From the NCBI GenBank assembly GCA_030141605.1, contig JAQGDQ010000369.1, positions 1 through 64,000 on the forward strand: a DNA stretch of 64,000 bases. The letters run 5' to 3'. The notes beneath the pieces are model-generated. The model was not told the DNA's origin. It saw nothing but the letters and a program-made list of their open reading frames with translations, and did no database searches. This document shows, piece after piece, positions 1 through 13,309 of this stretch (position 1 is its first letter; the number at the start of each line of letters is the position of its first letter). Source of the DNA: Tubiluchus corallicola (lineage: Eukaryota; Animalia; Priapulida). Position numbers and translations under genes: made by a program.

Positions 1-316
1 CGCGCGATTGTGTGTTTAAGATGGTGATTTTGTACATATCGTGAAGCATCGCAATAGAAGCCTCGGAATCGTGTCGCCTTTCCTACATCATACAATAGAC
101 ATGTAATGCAGTTTGATGACAACAACATAAATAATAACAAAACAGATATCTCAAGCAGGTTTGATGAATCTATGTGTTCAAGAATCAGTAGCATGCAAAC
201 AGTGCACTGTTACACGCTACAATAATATTAGCAACCAGACGAATGCGTGCATAATGAAGTAGTATTTATTAAATGAATTAGGAACTTAAACAAAGAAGAT
301 CAGAACAGCAAGACAG

Positions 317-1052
317 GGCGCTATTACACTTTCGCACCGCCTAGCTTTTCCTGGCCTATTGTTTGTTTTCACGCCTGCAGGCCAGAAAGCAGACCAACAG
401 GGGTAATATACACCATATTCCCATAATATTATTGCTTCTTGCGCTTTATAAGTCCAGATTAAAATCATGCATTACTTACCTACAGCCGCCATTAAAAGCT
501 GCACGTGAATAACCGTGTTTACATCACTGATGCGCAATCGCTCTCGCGCAATGACGTATGTGGCCCTTAACCTGTATTTTTGGTTTCTTCGCATAATTTA
601 TGATTATTAGGGTTGCAGCTACGGAAGTTTGTATCGTACCGCAGGAAATTATTTTGGACCACTACAGTTATTTATCATTAATTTTATTTATTACTGTAGT
701 ATTATTACTATTAGATTATAAAAAAAGTAAAGGTTTTTTCTTTATTTCGTAAATGCGGTGAAGATGAAAGTGTGTCACGTGCCTTTTAAGCTAGGCCCTG
801 ATAATGCATAAACTAGTACGAAATTTGTCACGTGACTACACACACAAACAAGATGGCGATACGCCCTGTATAGGCGTAGAACTGTGAATACAGCGTAATT
901 ATTGGTAATTATACCTAAATATATTATTTAATTACAATTAGATTAGCGGAAACATTCACTGATGACGTAAGAATAATAGAATGATGACTTACGAGCCTGA
1001 AAACGAGTAATAACCTATAAAAAGCTAGGCGGTGCGAAAGTGTAATAGCGCC
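317..1052. mobile_element. Non-autonomous DNA transposon, 33-bp TIRs, 9-bp TSD (MULE- or Merlin-like)
   Basis: TIR GGCGCTATTACACTTTCGCACCGCCTAGCTTTT at 317 with its reverse complement ending 1052. GCAAGACAG is repeated at 308-316 and 1053-1061. Confidence 0.85.
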
Positions 1053-1293
1053 GCAAGACAGTCTAGAATGCAGAACATGCCTAAGCAATCACCGAGATCT
1101 TTGATCTACACAAACCATATCTATGGTATTGTTACTTGCACTATGGCAACTGTATGCTAGTAACACTGAAAACCTGGCTTTAAAAAGTAGCTAATAAAGA
1201 TACTACATAATGACTTGATCAGTAAAATGTGCATCATGAGACAATACATGAATTTCCCACAGCTACTGCAAGTAACTGTGGCGGCATGAAAGG

Positions 1294-1853
1294 CTAAAGG
1301 AAAGTCCAAGTCTTCTGGGAAGTTCGGCTTATTTCAATGTTCGCGAAAAATGTCAGAAGGATTTAGTAATAAAAATGTGATAAGTGCCCGGCGTAATTAG
1401 TAAAGTCACAATCATTTCATGTTTGGACGCTGCCATTTTCAATGCTCATTCTTCTTCCAAAGACGTCATTCGTCTGAAGAAAAGTAGCGCACTGTTAATC
1501 TTCGTCAAAAGTATAATAAATTTTTACCAAAAATAATAGATGACTGATTTTGTAATATTTTCGCGTGGCGTGAACATTAGGTAAGCCGTAGAAGTTTGAA
1601 TTAATTTAAGCAGCATGTGCTTACGGAAAGCCACGACGTGCTTCTCGGAGAGTCGCGAAGTCTCCCAGTTACGTCATAGTTTTCAAGTGAATGGCGACAA
1701 CCATCATGCCTGAAAATTTCTATTCAGCGGTGGTATATTTTAAATTTATGCTTTATAAACGTTTTTTTGCAAATTTCTTTGTTATATTTCCCTAAGTTTA
1801 AGCGATAACAGTAACATAAACCCAACATACTGGTTGACTTGTTCTTTCCTTTA
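1294..1853 (+). mobile_element. TTAA-type MITE family A (Kolobok/piggyBac-like), degenerate copy
   Basis: Ends AAAGGAAAGTCCAAG ... CTTGTTCTTTCCTTTA; internally similar to 7028-7581. Confidence 0.65.
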
Positions 1854-2320
1854 CCAAAGGAACAAGTGGTAACATGAAACATTGCGCATGACATCATCGG
1901 CATACAATACCATGTAAATTTCATAGAACAGCAAATAACAAGACACAATGCTACACCAGACAAAGAGCAGCAATTTTATGCATCATCAGATATCATTCCA
2001 TGCTGCACACCATGATAGCATGCTGCATATTGTGTATTGGCTTCAACCAGTCTTACAGGACAAAAAATTATGGCAATTACAACTTAAAAGAATTCCAGAT
2101 AATTTCACATAATTTTCACAGCTCCAGAAATTATTAGCAGCACATTTCACACAGATTCATGTAGGTTCGCACAGATTGCTTAAGCAATCAACGGTAATTA
2201 CTGTATAGAGGCATGTGTGCGAAAAGACATGTTACTAAGCATAAAAATGTGCGTCAACACCTATTAAATGTACTGACCAAGAGCATCTTTAATTAAGTAG
2301 AATTAATTTAGTAGAATTAC

Positions 2321-5300
2321 CTCATTCATCACGGCATCTCTTACAGTATGAGCTGCAGACAACAAAATTTTCTCAATTTCATCTCTTTCTTTCATGGCTA
2401 TTTGAAGTGAATCCTGAAGTTCTTTCATTTTACCACGAGTAATGCATTCCTCCAAGGCATCCCGTTCAGTTTTTGCGATGGACAATTTGCTCTTCAGTGT
2501 AAAATTCTCGCTAAATACCTTGTCAAATTCGCTGTCCTTTCTCAGCAAGTGATCAATATCACGTTTCTGTTCCTTGTTCTTTTCTACTAGAATGCTTATA
2601 ACCTAAAACAACGAACAAATGTTCTTTCCAATTTACACATATGTCTTTATATATGCTTCATCTGTTACAGAATTGAACTCACAGCTACTTAGGACACAGT
2701 GGAACACCTCTTACCTTATAATAGGACTGTATAGTTAAATCACGATACGATACATATCACGATACTAACCTCACGACACGAAATGCATCAGAACACGCGT
2801 AAGTTAATGTTTGCAGGCATCATAAAAAACCAGATGAAGCTGTTGACTATAAATGCTAAACATATTTATCAATCAACACTTTTAGGATAACTGGACAAGC
2901 TGGATTTTTATTTATTACTTGAGTAATATGTAGGCTATTGTTTGCATTCTAAGCCACCAGAAAAGCAAAACATGTCAATACCTTAGGTTTAAAAATTGTT
3001 TTGAGCATTTTCTGATTCACGTTTGCCATAATTCACAAATTAATATGCAGACAATGTAATTAACCTACTACAGATTAAGCACCTTGTGTTTTCAACCACT
3101 TTGGCTGCTAGCTAAGGCTGTGAAGTCAACTACGGCTCACTGCGCTGATTGAGAGGTATCTACAGTACACTCCACAGCTACAACTTGAATGACTTAAAAT
3201 GGTTTTTATCGGCATACGGTCAAGCGCATGTTAGCTAGGTAAAATATCGTTGACTCAGATTATCACAACACGAGTGCATTTACACGATACACAAACCATA
3301 ATAAAAGATATGACGATGCACCAATACATCAATGCACTATCAATTTCAAAATAATGAGAATTTTTAACAAAATAAAGCATTGTGCACCTTAGTGTGACTC
3401 ATGTTTTTAGTTGTCAGATTTTGTTCGTTTGACTCAAGAATTTCTACAAGATTCAAATGTTCTTTCTGCTTTTCTTTCAGGTCGTCTTTCTGTCGAAGTA
3501 AGTCTTCCGCAGTTTCTGACACAAAATCTGGAAGAACAAATTATCAATTATAACTGATAGTGGACTGATGAAGGACTAGTAATTGATTGATCATAAATAA
3601 AATCCAAGCCATGCGTTTCATTTTCAAATTAAACGCTTTTATACTTTGAAAAAATTAACCTAGAGCTGCGTTAACATGTTTTTGTGCTTTAGTGGATTCT
3701 CTAAAATAAAAAAATGAAGCACAAATAGCTAACTTGTGTACTATAAGGTTTTAGGATTACAGGCAATATTTGTTCAAAATTTCAGAAAAATTACAGAAAA
3801 ATATTATCTTTAACATTTTTTAATTTGGTTCAGTGCCCTGCACTGCAAACTAAGATCAAACACTCAGTCAAGGCTTACTTAATGTAGATGCTTGTGGCAG
3901 GAATGGAACCTAGGTAGCTCCTTCTCAAGGCCAATCTTCCAAGTTGAACCAGCAGAAGTTTCCTTCCCACATTCATCTTTTCCTCAACAGGCAAATATTT
4001 GGGGCAGCAGCTCAGGTTATAATACGCAAAAGCAATTTTCCTGGCCAACATTTACTGACCAGGCTCAATGATGCTTAACTAGTCGCTAAACACACAGCTT
4101 GGTAAATTATAATATAACGCACTGTGCGAAATATACTATGTTCAACTGAAGAACCCTCCGATGTTCTAATTGCATATCCGTCTAACATTGACATTATTAG
4201 TGAAGCTCTGATGTTCTAAATGCACCTCACCTAACATTGACATTATTGGTGAAGCTCTGATGTTCTAAATGCACCTCTACCTAACAATGACATTATTAGT
4301 GAAGCTCTGATGTTCTAAATGCACATCTACCTAACATTGACATTATTAGTGAAGCTCTGATGTTCTAATTGCACATCTACCTAACACTGACATTATTAGT
4401 GAAACTTTGATGTTCTAAATGCACATCTACCTAACATTGATATTATTAGTGAAGCTCTGATGTTCTAAATGCACATCTACCTAACAAAAAAACCACAACA
4501 CACACCAACAATGACATTATTAGTGAAACTCTGATGTTCTAATTGCACATCTACCTAACATTGACATTATTAGTGAAGCTCTGATGTTCTAATTGCACAT
4601 CTACCTAACATTGATATTATTAGTGAAGCTCTGATGTTCTAAATGCACATCTACCTAACATTGACATTATTAGTGAATCTCTGATGTTCTAAATGCACAT
4701 CTACCTAACATTAACATTATTAGTGAAGCTCTGATGTTCTAAATGCACATCTACCTAACATTGACATTATTAGTGAAACTCTGATGTTCTAAATGCACAT
4801 CTACCTAACATTGACATTATTAGTGAAACTCAGATGTTCTAATTGCACATCTACCTACCATTGACATTATTAGTGAAACTCTGATGTTCTAAATGCACAT
4901 CTACCTAACATTGACATTATTAGTGAAGCTCTGATGTTCTAATTGCACATCTACCTACCATTGACATTATTAGTGAAACTCTGATGTTCTAAATGCACAT
5001 CTACCTAACATTGACTTTATTAGTGAAGCTCTGACGTTCTAAATGCACATCTACCTAACATTGATATTATTAGTGAAGCTCTGATGTTCTAATTGCACAT
5101 CTACCTAACATTGACATTATTAGTGAAACTCTGATGTTCTAATTGCATATCCGTCTAACATTGACATTATTAGTGAAACTCTGATGTTCTAATTGCACAT
5201 CTACCTAACACTGACATTATTAGTGAAGCTCTGATGTTCTAATTGCACATCTACCTAACATTGATATTATTAGTGAAGCTCTGATGTTCTAAATGCACAT

Positions 5301-8300
5301 CTACCTAACATTGACATTATTAGTGAATCTCTGATGTTCTAAATGCACATCTACCTAACATTGACATTATTAGTGAAGCTCTGATGTTCTAAATGCACAT
5401 CTACCTAACATTGACATTATTAGTGAAACTCTGATGTTCTAAATGCACATCTACCTAACATTGACATTATTAGTGAAACTCAGATGTTCTAATCGCACAT
5501 CTACCTACCATTGACATTATTAGTGAAACTCTGATGTTCTAAATGCACATCTACCTAACATTGACATTATTAGTGAAGCTCTGATGTTCTAATTGCACAT
5601 CTACCTACCATTGACATTATTAGTGAAACTCTGATGTTCTAAATGCACATCTACCTAACATTGACTTTATTAGTGAAACTCTGATGTTCTAAATGCACAT
5701 CTACCTAACATTGACATTATTAGTGAAACTCTGATGTTCTAATTGCACATCTACCTAACACTGACATTATTAGTGAACATTAGTCGCTTTTAGTCAGAAA
5801 ATAAAAGTACCTAAAACACTTGTGTTCAACTTCACTTTGAAATCATCCAAACGAAAATATGTGAGGTTAATGTTATCATCTAAACACAAGACAGCAGAAG
5901 AAAATTTAATAAAGAAACTTACTCAGCTGATTGTGTAGAGCAATGTTTTCCAGTATTGCTCTCTCGATGGTTTGGGACAAGTGTTGGAAGGTAACCACTC
6001 TAAACTCCGTAGCAAGTTTATAAATCTCTTCAACCATTTGCTCTCGTAACCTGTAATCAAATATCTAAGATACCTATTCATTTAAGCAGATAAGAATATA
6101 AATGAATATTTCAGATAAAAAATAATTCAATCCTTTAATTAATGTGGAACCTGCAAAATAGATAATTTCCTGGAAAATGCATACTGAAAATCTTCTATGG
6201 CTAATCAGCTTCTAAAATTAGGTTACAGAATAAATATCTGCAATAATTTATTAACGGCCCCAATCTGTTTTACCGAAATCAGTTTTTCCAACATGGTTTG
6301 AGTCATTTGAATCAATTAAAGCAGTGGTTCCCAACCTTTTGTTGACAGTGACCCCTTTCCAGAACCCTGCACCATATAACGACCCCATGAGGAACTTAAT
6401 CACATGTTATACTATTAAACATCATTATCGTTTGTATTTTTTAACTTACTATTCAACAAATTATTGAACAATGAGTGATTGTTTCACTAATTCATTAAGG
6501 TAATGGTTGCACCTGTTTCTCAGTGACCAGTAATGCAACAGCAATAAGCATCCAAGGTAAAATTAATAGCGACTCGCTTTCGGGCGGTGTACACTGTACA
6601 GAACAACGCGCATTTTCATTTTCCAGAAAATCAAGCACTGGTATACCGCATTTAGAGCGGGAAAACCCTGTTTCACTTTCCAGAACAAGATATGTAATGA
6701 GAGACACAGGAAACAAGACCTACTTACACACTTTTCATGAGAACAACATTTTTTTTAAATAGTTTTTAGATTAGCCCACGACCTCACTTAAAAGTGCTTT
6801 GCGACCCCAAATGGGGTCGCGACACCAAGGTTGGCAACCCATGAATGATAGTATTTCAAAATTGAAATGAGTATTATAAATGAAATTAATTTACCAGATT
6901 AGCAATAGTTCACTCACTTTTCAACTGATACCCTGAACTCAAGTTACACAGCGAATAGAGAAACAGATTCCACGTGGCATGTAAACTTAGACTGAAACTA
7001 ACATAGGAAGCATAACACGAACACATATTAAAGGAGAAGCCAAGCTTTCGTTTCAGTATGGCCAAAAAATGACAGAAAGATTTAGTATAAAAGTGCAATA
7101 ATTAGTGCCTCCTATAATTAGTAAAATCATTTTAAACTCGCGATCATTTACACTTTGGTCCTCCCATTTTGAACGCCGATTAACCACTAGTGGCATCGTT
7201 CATTGGCTGACGAAAAGCAGCTCATTCTCAATTTCCGGACGGCAAAAATACAAAAAAAATTACAAAAACTCAGATGGCTAATTTCATGATTAGTGATTTT
7301 TTGATATTGTAAATTTTTGCATGAACGTTAGTTAAGCTGCAGAAGTCTGAATTAGTTTAAGCAGCGCGCGCTTACGGAAAGCGACGTTGCGCTAACAAAA
7401 AGTCACGAAGTCCACCAGTTACGTCATAATTATCAACCAATGGTGGCTACCACCGCACTTGAAAACTTCTACTCACTTCACAATTAACTTCATGTTTTAT
7501 AGACAGTCCTTCCAATTTCTAAGTTTAAGGGATAACAGCAAAATAAACACAAACTGCTAAGTGACCTGTCCTTTCCTTTAAGTACAAGAAAATCCTTCAT
7601 TTACAAAGCTTAAAAAATTCGTCTTGAAATTTTGTATCACTTACATGCTACTTTTTGGCATATAGGGCTTGCATCGGCAGTAATGCTGTATAAAACTTGC
7701 AAATTTAAACTCCCGCGATGACCGTTAGGCACAGCCATTTTAATGGCAGGTCGTTTAAACAAGATTAGATAACACTGAGTAAAGTTTGTCGGAGGTTGTT
7801 TGTTTGTAAGAGCATTCGTAATGCACACGTCACTAAATAAATAAAATTTTAAATTACTGTATCTTGTCAATAAGATTAAAAAACATTTTGGCTAGTGAGT
7901 GGTGCACCCTGGAGAATGAGTCAACGACATTTTACCAATTGGTGAAAACATTTTAAATAATTCATAATTTTCTTTTCCAATTACAAGTCTTTCAAGCAGG
8001 TAAGCGAAATGCTAAGTAATATAGATTTGCATGGAAAGTTTTTTGGGACATAGTTTTACATTTCCTTTTCGTTCCCTGATTTACGTTTGCATAGTGACGT
8101 CATGTAATGGCGCCGTTGGAACAGTATTGCAGGAGATTTAAAATGAAAACAAACAAAAATTCCTTTCAACGTGAGTACGATATACGCATAAAACTGCTGT
8201 AAAGTAGCATATTTTTTTAAGGCGATTTTTCTGAAACCTACTTCATGTACCCCTTTTCTTGTCCTTTAAGCCAAGAGAGGGCAAAAATCTAGATAATATT

Positions 8301-11300
8301 TAGTCTAGGTAAGATTGAATTCAGTTCAATGTTACCATTCCTGTGTACAGTTCATCACGCACAGCAATTCACTATCTGTAAAGTATAACAGCACTTTATA
8401 GTTTGTGTAGATTACTTGTAGATTACCTCATTCTGTCCATTATTGATCTTTTCTCAAGCTCATAAACTGTTTTTTGATGATAAGCCTTGTGATCAGCTAG
8501 TTCCTTCTCAAGCTGGGCAAACTCTGCCATCAATCTTTCCTTGTTCAGTCTAAAGTCTTCTAAAGCGTCGAGCTTCTGAGCTGCATAAAAGATCAGCAAT
8601 AGTTCAAAGTGAAGTTGAACACAAGTGTTTTAGGTACTTTTATTTTCTGACTAAAAGCGACTTAGCAGTGAATCTTAGCATTCTGTGAAAGTCTGTGTAC
8701 AGTCTGTGAAAGTATATGTACAGTCTATGTACAGTCTGTGAAAGTCTGTGTACAGTCTATGTGCAGTCTGTGAAAGTCTGTGTACAGACTGTGTACAGTC
8801 TGTGAGTCTGTGTACAGTCTATGTACAGTCCGTGAAAGTCTGTGGACAGTCTGTGTACAGTCTGTGAAAGTCTGTGTGCAGTCTATGCACAGTCTGTGAA
8901 AGTCTGTGTACAGACTGTGTACAGTCTGTGAAAGTCTGTGTACAGTCTATGTACAGTCTGTGAAAGTCTGTGTACAGTCTGTGTACAGTCTGTGAAAATC
9001 TGTGTATAGTCTGTTATAAGTCTGTGTATAGTCTGTGTACAGTCTGTGAAAGTCTGTGTACAGCCTGTGTACAGTCTGTAAAAGTCTGTGTATAGTCTGT
9101 GTATAGACTTATTTGTACAGTTTTAGGAAACAACAATACAAATGTGTGAAAATGTAACACTCGAACGTTACTTTTAGCAAGATAGCAGTAAATGTAATAG
9201 TGACAAAGCAGTAATTAGTAGCCTTTAACACTTTCTGTTAATTAGTTTTAACACTTTCTGTTAGTTAGTTTTATTTTTCTTCAAATTGTTTACTGTATGT
9301 TTTTTACATACATTTTTTCAACCTTACAAATCAAAATAAGGTTATGATGATTAGACTATAGCAACTTGCTCGCAACGATCTTCACGTAGGTTGCAGAGAC
9401 TTAATTTGACATGCCACTCGACAGTATTTATCTCCTTTAAGACCGCATCATTCAAAATAGGCCCTACAAGACCTGTGACTTTTCTGCTACTGTATGAGCA
9501 CAGACATAACTAAATGATTACAAATTAAGTGCTGTTCTATTCAGTTGAATCTCGGCTACCCAATGATGCAATTTGTTTAAACATTTATAAGCAATTTAAT
9601 TGTATAAAATTAAGAAAAACATGCACGTTTCAGGCACTCAAACTTAGCTTATTAAGTAGCTTAGTCTGATGTACACTTGTGTGATCGTACATGCTATTTT
9701 ATTGATTGCCTGCTAGCTACAGTGAACTGTCTTTTACACAGAGTTCCAGGAAAAGGCAACCGATCAGCCAAGGAGAAATTAAGGTTGTTTTATCTTTTAA
9801 CAGGAATTTCTCCTTAAAAAAGGGTAGACTTTGGGCAACGTGTTTCAGAATATTTTGTCTGGATTGTTCAAGTTTTCCGTATTAGCCAATTTCACATAAG
9901 TGATAGTGTACTTTGTTAGGCTGCAAACACTGCATTTACTGAAAGCTTTTCTTAAATGTTTTCGTCAGGAATCAATTTTTAATTTGTCTAAGGCAAGCAA
10001 ATGCATTCCATATATAATTTTGTATGGAAATCCATTGTGTGAGGAATAGAAACCTTAAAAAATTAACAAATGTAATGTAAATGCTGTTTAGTGGAAGCAG
10101 TTTTTCATGAGCCCATGCGAAATGCAACAAGAGCTAATGGCCCTGAAGGAATTAACTACGATTTTTAAACTTGTTTACTGACCTCTGTATGACACTTAGA
10201 AACAATGAACTTAGTAAATGTTAAAATTTTCCACTAAACTTTGCGACCTTTCACCCATTAGCCTGTCCGACAAAAATTGAATGTATTTTGTGACATTTTA
10301 AAACTGTTTACCACTATGACAATCTTTGCCGGAGAAGGTTCTTTGTCATGAACATTTTTGATTGGTGATGGGGAAAACTAGTTCTTAAAATGATAATAGC
10401 AGCTAGCACCCACTTAAGCAAAGACAAGACTTCTATTCAGACACAAACATCTGATGATTGTATCTGAACAAAAGCCATGTCTTTGCTTAAGATCCAAATA
10501 CTCCAATATGGGCACTCTGTGTAGAATGCCCTGTAAACTGCTTAGTCTGTTTCACACTTACTAAGGACAACAATTTCTGCCGTCAGTTCTTCTTTCATCT
10601 CATCAAATCTTCGCTTTTCTGCATCGAGTCTTGTACCGAATTCCTCCCTTGCTTCTGTAAACTGTAACTGCAATGCTGCAAGCAGTCTGTTAAGATCTTC
10701 CACTTCGGCGCTTTTCTGTTCCACTGTTCTCTGCCGAGAAAAGTGTTCACATTAGGGTATTCACATTAGGGTATTCACATTTTTCACATTCAAGTATTAT
10801 AAACTTACACAAATTTAAATTCATCAGAAAGACTCTAAAAAGCAATCTAGAGCAGAGTGAAAAAACTAAAAGAAACGAAATGTTGTACTGCAACTACAAA
10901 GCCTGTACACGAACACATTTAAATTAGTTGCTCAACATTACAAAGTACTGGTGCCGTATCTTATCCTTAAAAGAAAACCGGACGATCGTGTAAACATTAG
11001 TTCAAAATAAAGAATGCTGTAAAATATAGAAAACTACAACAGCTTTTTTAAAATTAAAGCTTAGATTAAATAATAATTACTTCGGATACTCAAATTTTGT
11101 AAAAACTTTCAAGGCGCCTTTTTGTCACATTCGCGTGGTCGACAAATAGAAGGCGGTACCATGATAACCATGATCATGAACTGCAGTGTTAGTTTCTGAC
11201 GTCATATAACGTAGAGGTTATTTTCGTGACATAACACATTTAAGCAGTAACACTTATGCAAGGGAAGATGCATACCATTGCACAAACTGTGGTTAGTTTC

Positions 11301-12629
11301 TGACGTAAGCAATAGCTGTATTCGGTTGCCGTTAATTAACTTTCTAAGCTAATTATTCAAAGATAAGAAACAATTGCTAACTCTTATAGGCAAGAAAATG
11401 TATATCTTAAACAGTAAATTAAAATGAGATGAAGTCTAAACATTCGTCCAGTTTTCCTTTAAACCTACCGTTTTAAAGTTAGTTATATTAAATTTATGTA
11501 TTTTCCACCAACTTATATTTGTCTGTATCTATATTCCCATCATTTTAATATGTCTTCCTGCTGAATCGTTGACAACACTAAAGTATCAAGACATTAAGGC
11601 ATCAGAAAATGTAGGAATTTTATCAGTACCTCCAGATAGCTGATTATGTCTTTTTTGTCAACGGTGTCATTTTGAAAATCATTTTCAAGCTGCGTGTGTT
11701 TCTCGTTCAACTCATTGAATCTGTTCTCCTTACTGTAAAAGCAAAACAAATAATATTTTAATATTTTTGCAGCTGCTTAAGCTAGTGTTTCACGGGCTGC
11801 AACTTACTTCCGATGAGAAAACAACCAATAATTTTCTAACAATCATCAAAAAATTCACGCTAGTACTACTTTTCTTAAGTTGCTAAATGGGTGTGTGAAA
11901 TTTCTGAATACGTTCCCGTGATTTTTGCCACTTTCTTGCAAATTTTGTTTTTTTCTCAAGTGAAACATCGCACAACATTCACACGACATGTTTGGCAACC
12001 CACGCACAAGACAAATGCTGTGTGGTTGTATTTCGCAACCATTTCACAGAAGCTTTGCAGAAAAAGGTGCTGGACAACCAAGATTTTCCAAAGTGTCACC
12101 AAAATAGTAAAAATTTATGACAATTGGACTCAAAAATTTTCATATAGTTGCCAAAGTTGTGACTCGCAAATACGGTGAAACCCTGGCTTTACAGTGCGTA
12201 CACTGTCTTGAGTGCAGATTTCAGATTTCTATCAATACAAACACAACTAAAATACCTTTTCACCATTTAAATTGCCTCTGTGTGGCAAACAAATGAAGTA
12301 AAAGATGGCCACCTGAATTTATTAGCAGTTTCCAAAAAGCTGCAAAACTATTTTTAAAGTGAAACTTTTGTCTTTTTGGTGAAGACTTACTGTAATTTAA
12401 TGCATAGTAAATAATTTATAAAGTATTATAACATATCATAATCCATTAGTGAGCATTTTGCTGAAGTTACTGCTGACAGAATAATAATTTATCAAAAAAT
12501 GTCTTACTTTTGGAACTTTCCCTCTAGCACCTGTATTTGATACAAGAAATAATCTTTTCCCATTTCGTCTTCCAGTGATTTCTTTGATCGCTTTTTCTTT
12601 TTCTTTCCTTTCTTTCGTTTCGGTGGCAT
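2321..12629 (-). CDS. CFAP157: CFAP157-like cilia/flagella-associated coiled-coil protein, 7 coding exons, 3' end not resolved in window
   Basis: GT-AG exons with consistent phases: 12629-12508 (MPPKRKKGKKKKK...KDYFLYQIQVLEGKFQ), 11732-11630 (KENRFNELNEKH...DKKDIISYLE), 10730-10562 (RTVEQKSAEVEDLNRLL...ELTAEIVVL), 8580-8427 (QKLDALEDFRLNKERL...VYELEKRSIMDRM), 6050-5923 (LREQMVEEIYKLATEF...IERAILENIAL), 3527-3388, 2602-2321. The peptides follow the remembered CFAP157 pattern (FYHIQIRDLE, KLAALEEFRLQKE, YNLEKKSVLDKDRLR, TKRAIKEN). After 2321 there is either a donor (GAG|GTAATT) to an unseen exon or read-through to the stop at 2303. Confidence 0.85.
4148..5778. repeat. 50-bp minisatellite, ~32 copies, in a CFAP157 intron
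   Basis: Unit CTGATGTTCTAAATGCACATCTACCTAACATTGACATTATTAGTGAAGCT. Confidence 0.97.
5782..5841 (+). repeat. Left arm of a perfect 60-bp inverted repeat
   Basis: Exact reverse complement of 8603-8662. Confidence 0.95.
6322..6843. mobile_element. hAT (Charlie-like) MITE
   Basis: Ends CAGTGGTTCCCAACC / GGTTGGCAACCCATG; imperfect 8-bp TSD AATTAAAG/AATGATAG; GACCCC subterminal motifs. Confidence 0.7.
7028..7581 (+). mobile_element. TTAA-type MITE family A
   Basis: TTAA-AGGAGAAGCCAAG ... CCTGTCCTTTCCT-TTAA. Confidence 0.75.
7578..8269 (+). mobile_element. TTAA-type MITE family C, directly abutting the family A copy
   Basis: TTAA-GTACAAGAAAA ... TTTTCTTGTCCT-TTAA; near-collinear copy at 41966-42650 and a partial copy at about 45490-45720. 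Confidence 0.8.
8603..8662 (-). repeat. Right arm of a perfect 60-bp inverted repeat
   Basis: Exact reverse complement of 5782-5841. Confidence 0.95.
8682..9108. repeat. 10-bp-unit minisatellite (AGTCTGTGTAC/AGTCTGTGAA variants)
   Basis: Direct tandem repetition. Confidence 0.92.
11783..12185. mobile_element. Possible hAT-like MITE
   Basis: Ends TAGTGTTTCACG / GGTGAAACCCTG; TSD only weakly conserved. Confidence 0.4.
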
Positions 12630-13085
12630 GATTTTTAGCGTCAATGTTTCTGCAAGAATAGGGTAAAAAACTATTAGATAGAGAAACATTTTGTTCATAG
12701 CAAGCTGCCATCAGTAAAAAATATCAATCTGACAAAATAGTGTGCCATTAAATGTGTTACTGGTTGATAAAAAATGTAGTCACTAATTATATGTTACAAA
12801 ATTATGAAAGTTTGAAACTACTGAAATTGTTGTATGTATTGTGTAAAATGTATCAATAGACAATACATACATACATACATACACGTAATTCCAATTATCA
12901 ATCTTAATAAAAACGTTTTACGAATTTTATTCGCAGAGTGCACAAGTACAGTTTAATAAAAATTTCTTTTAGATTCTTACTGCAAAATTGCAAGTTTACA
13001 ATTTAAACTGAAATTTTCCCTGGAACTTCTGGAATTCAAAACTGGACCACGTGAAGTTCTGTACACTGTCCAGAGTACAGTAACT

Positions 13086-13115
13086 GTTGTCATGGCTACG
13101 AGTTGGTTGGGTAAC
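13086..13115. promoter_or_regulatory. RFX X-box-like motif(s) in the CFAP157/PIGC head-to-head promoter
   Basis: GTTGTCATGGCTAC at 13086-13099 is 12/14 identical to the palindromic X-box GTTGCCATGGCAAC. A second half site GGTAAC lies at 13110-13115. Both sit just upstream of a likely CFAP157 5'UTR exon (minus-strand donor at 12980, acceptor at 12650-12652). Confidence 0.6.
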
Positions 13116-13309
13116 CGTAGCGTAAGAATCGAAAAAAAGCATTATAACTTGCTTCAAAAGTTGTAACAAATTTAATATTAATTTGAACAGTTTACTAGCG
13201 TGTAAAATAATTTTTAGTCGCCACAACGAATGCTATAGTTAATCTTTACCTAATGTGAGCGTGAATGTTATCGTTTGTGCTTCGTATCGTACGTTTACTT
13301 TTTTTAAAC

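Noticed and set aside
4148-5778. Regular repeat array resembling CRISPR
   Set aside because: No unique spacers, no cas genes, eukaryotic intronic context; it is a plain minisatellite.
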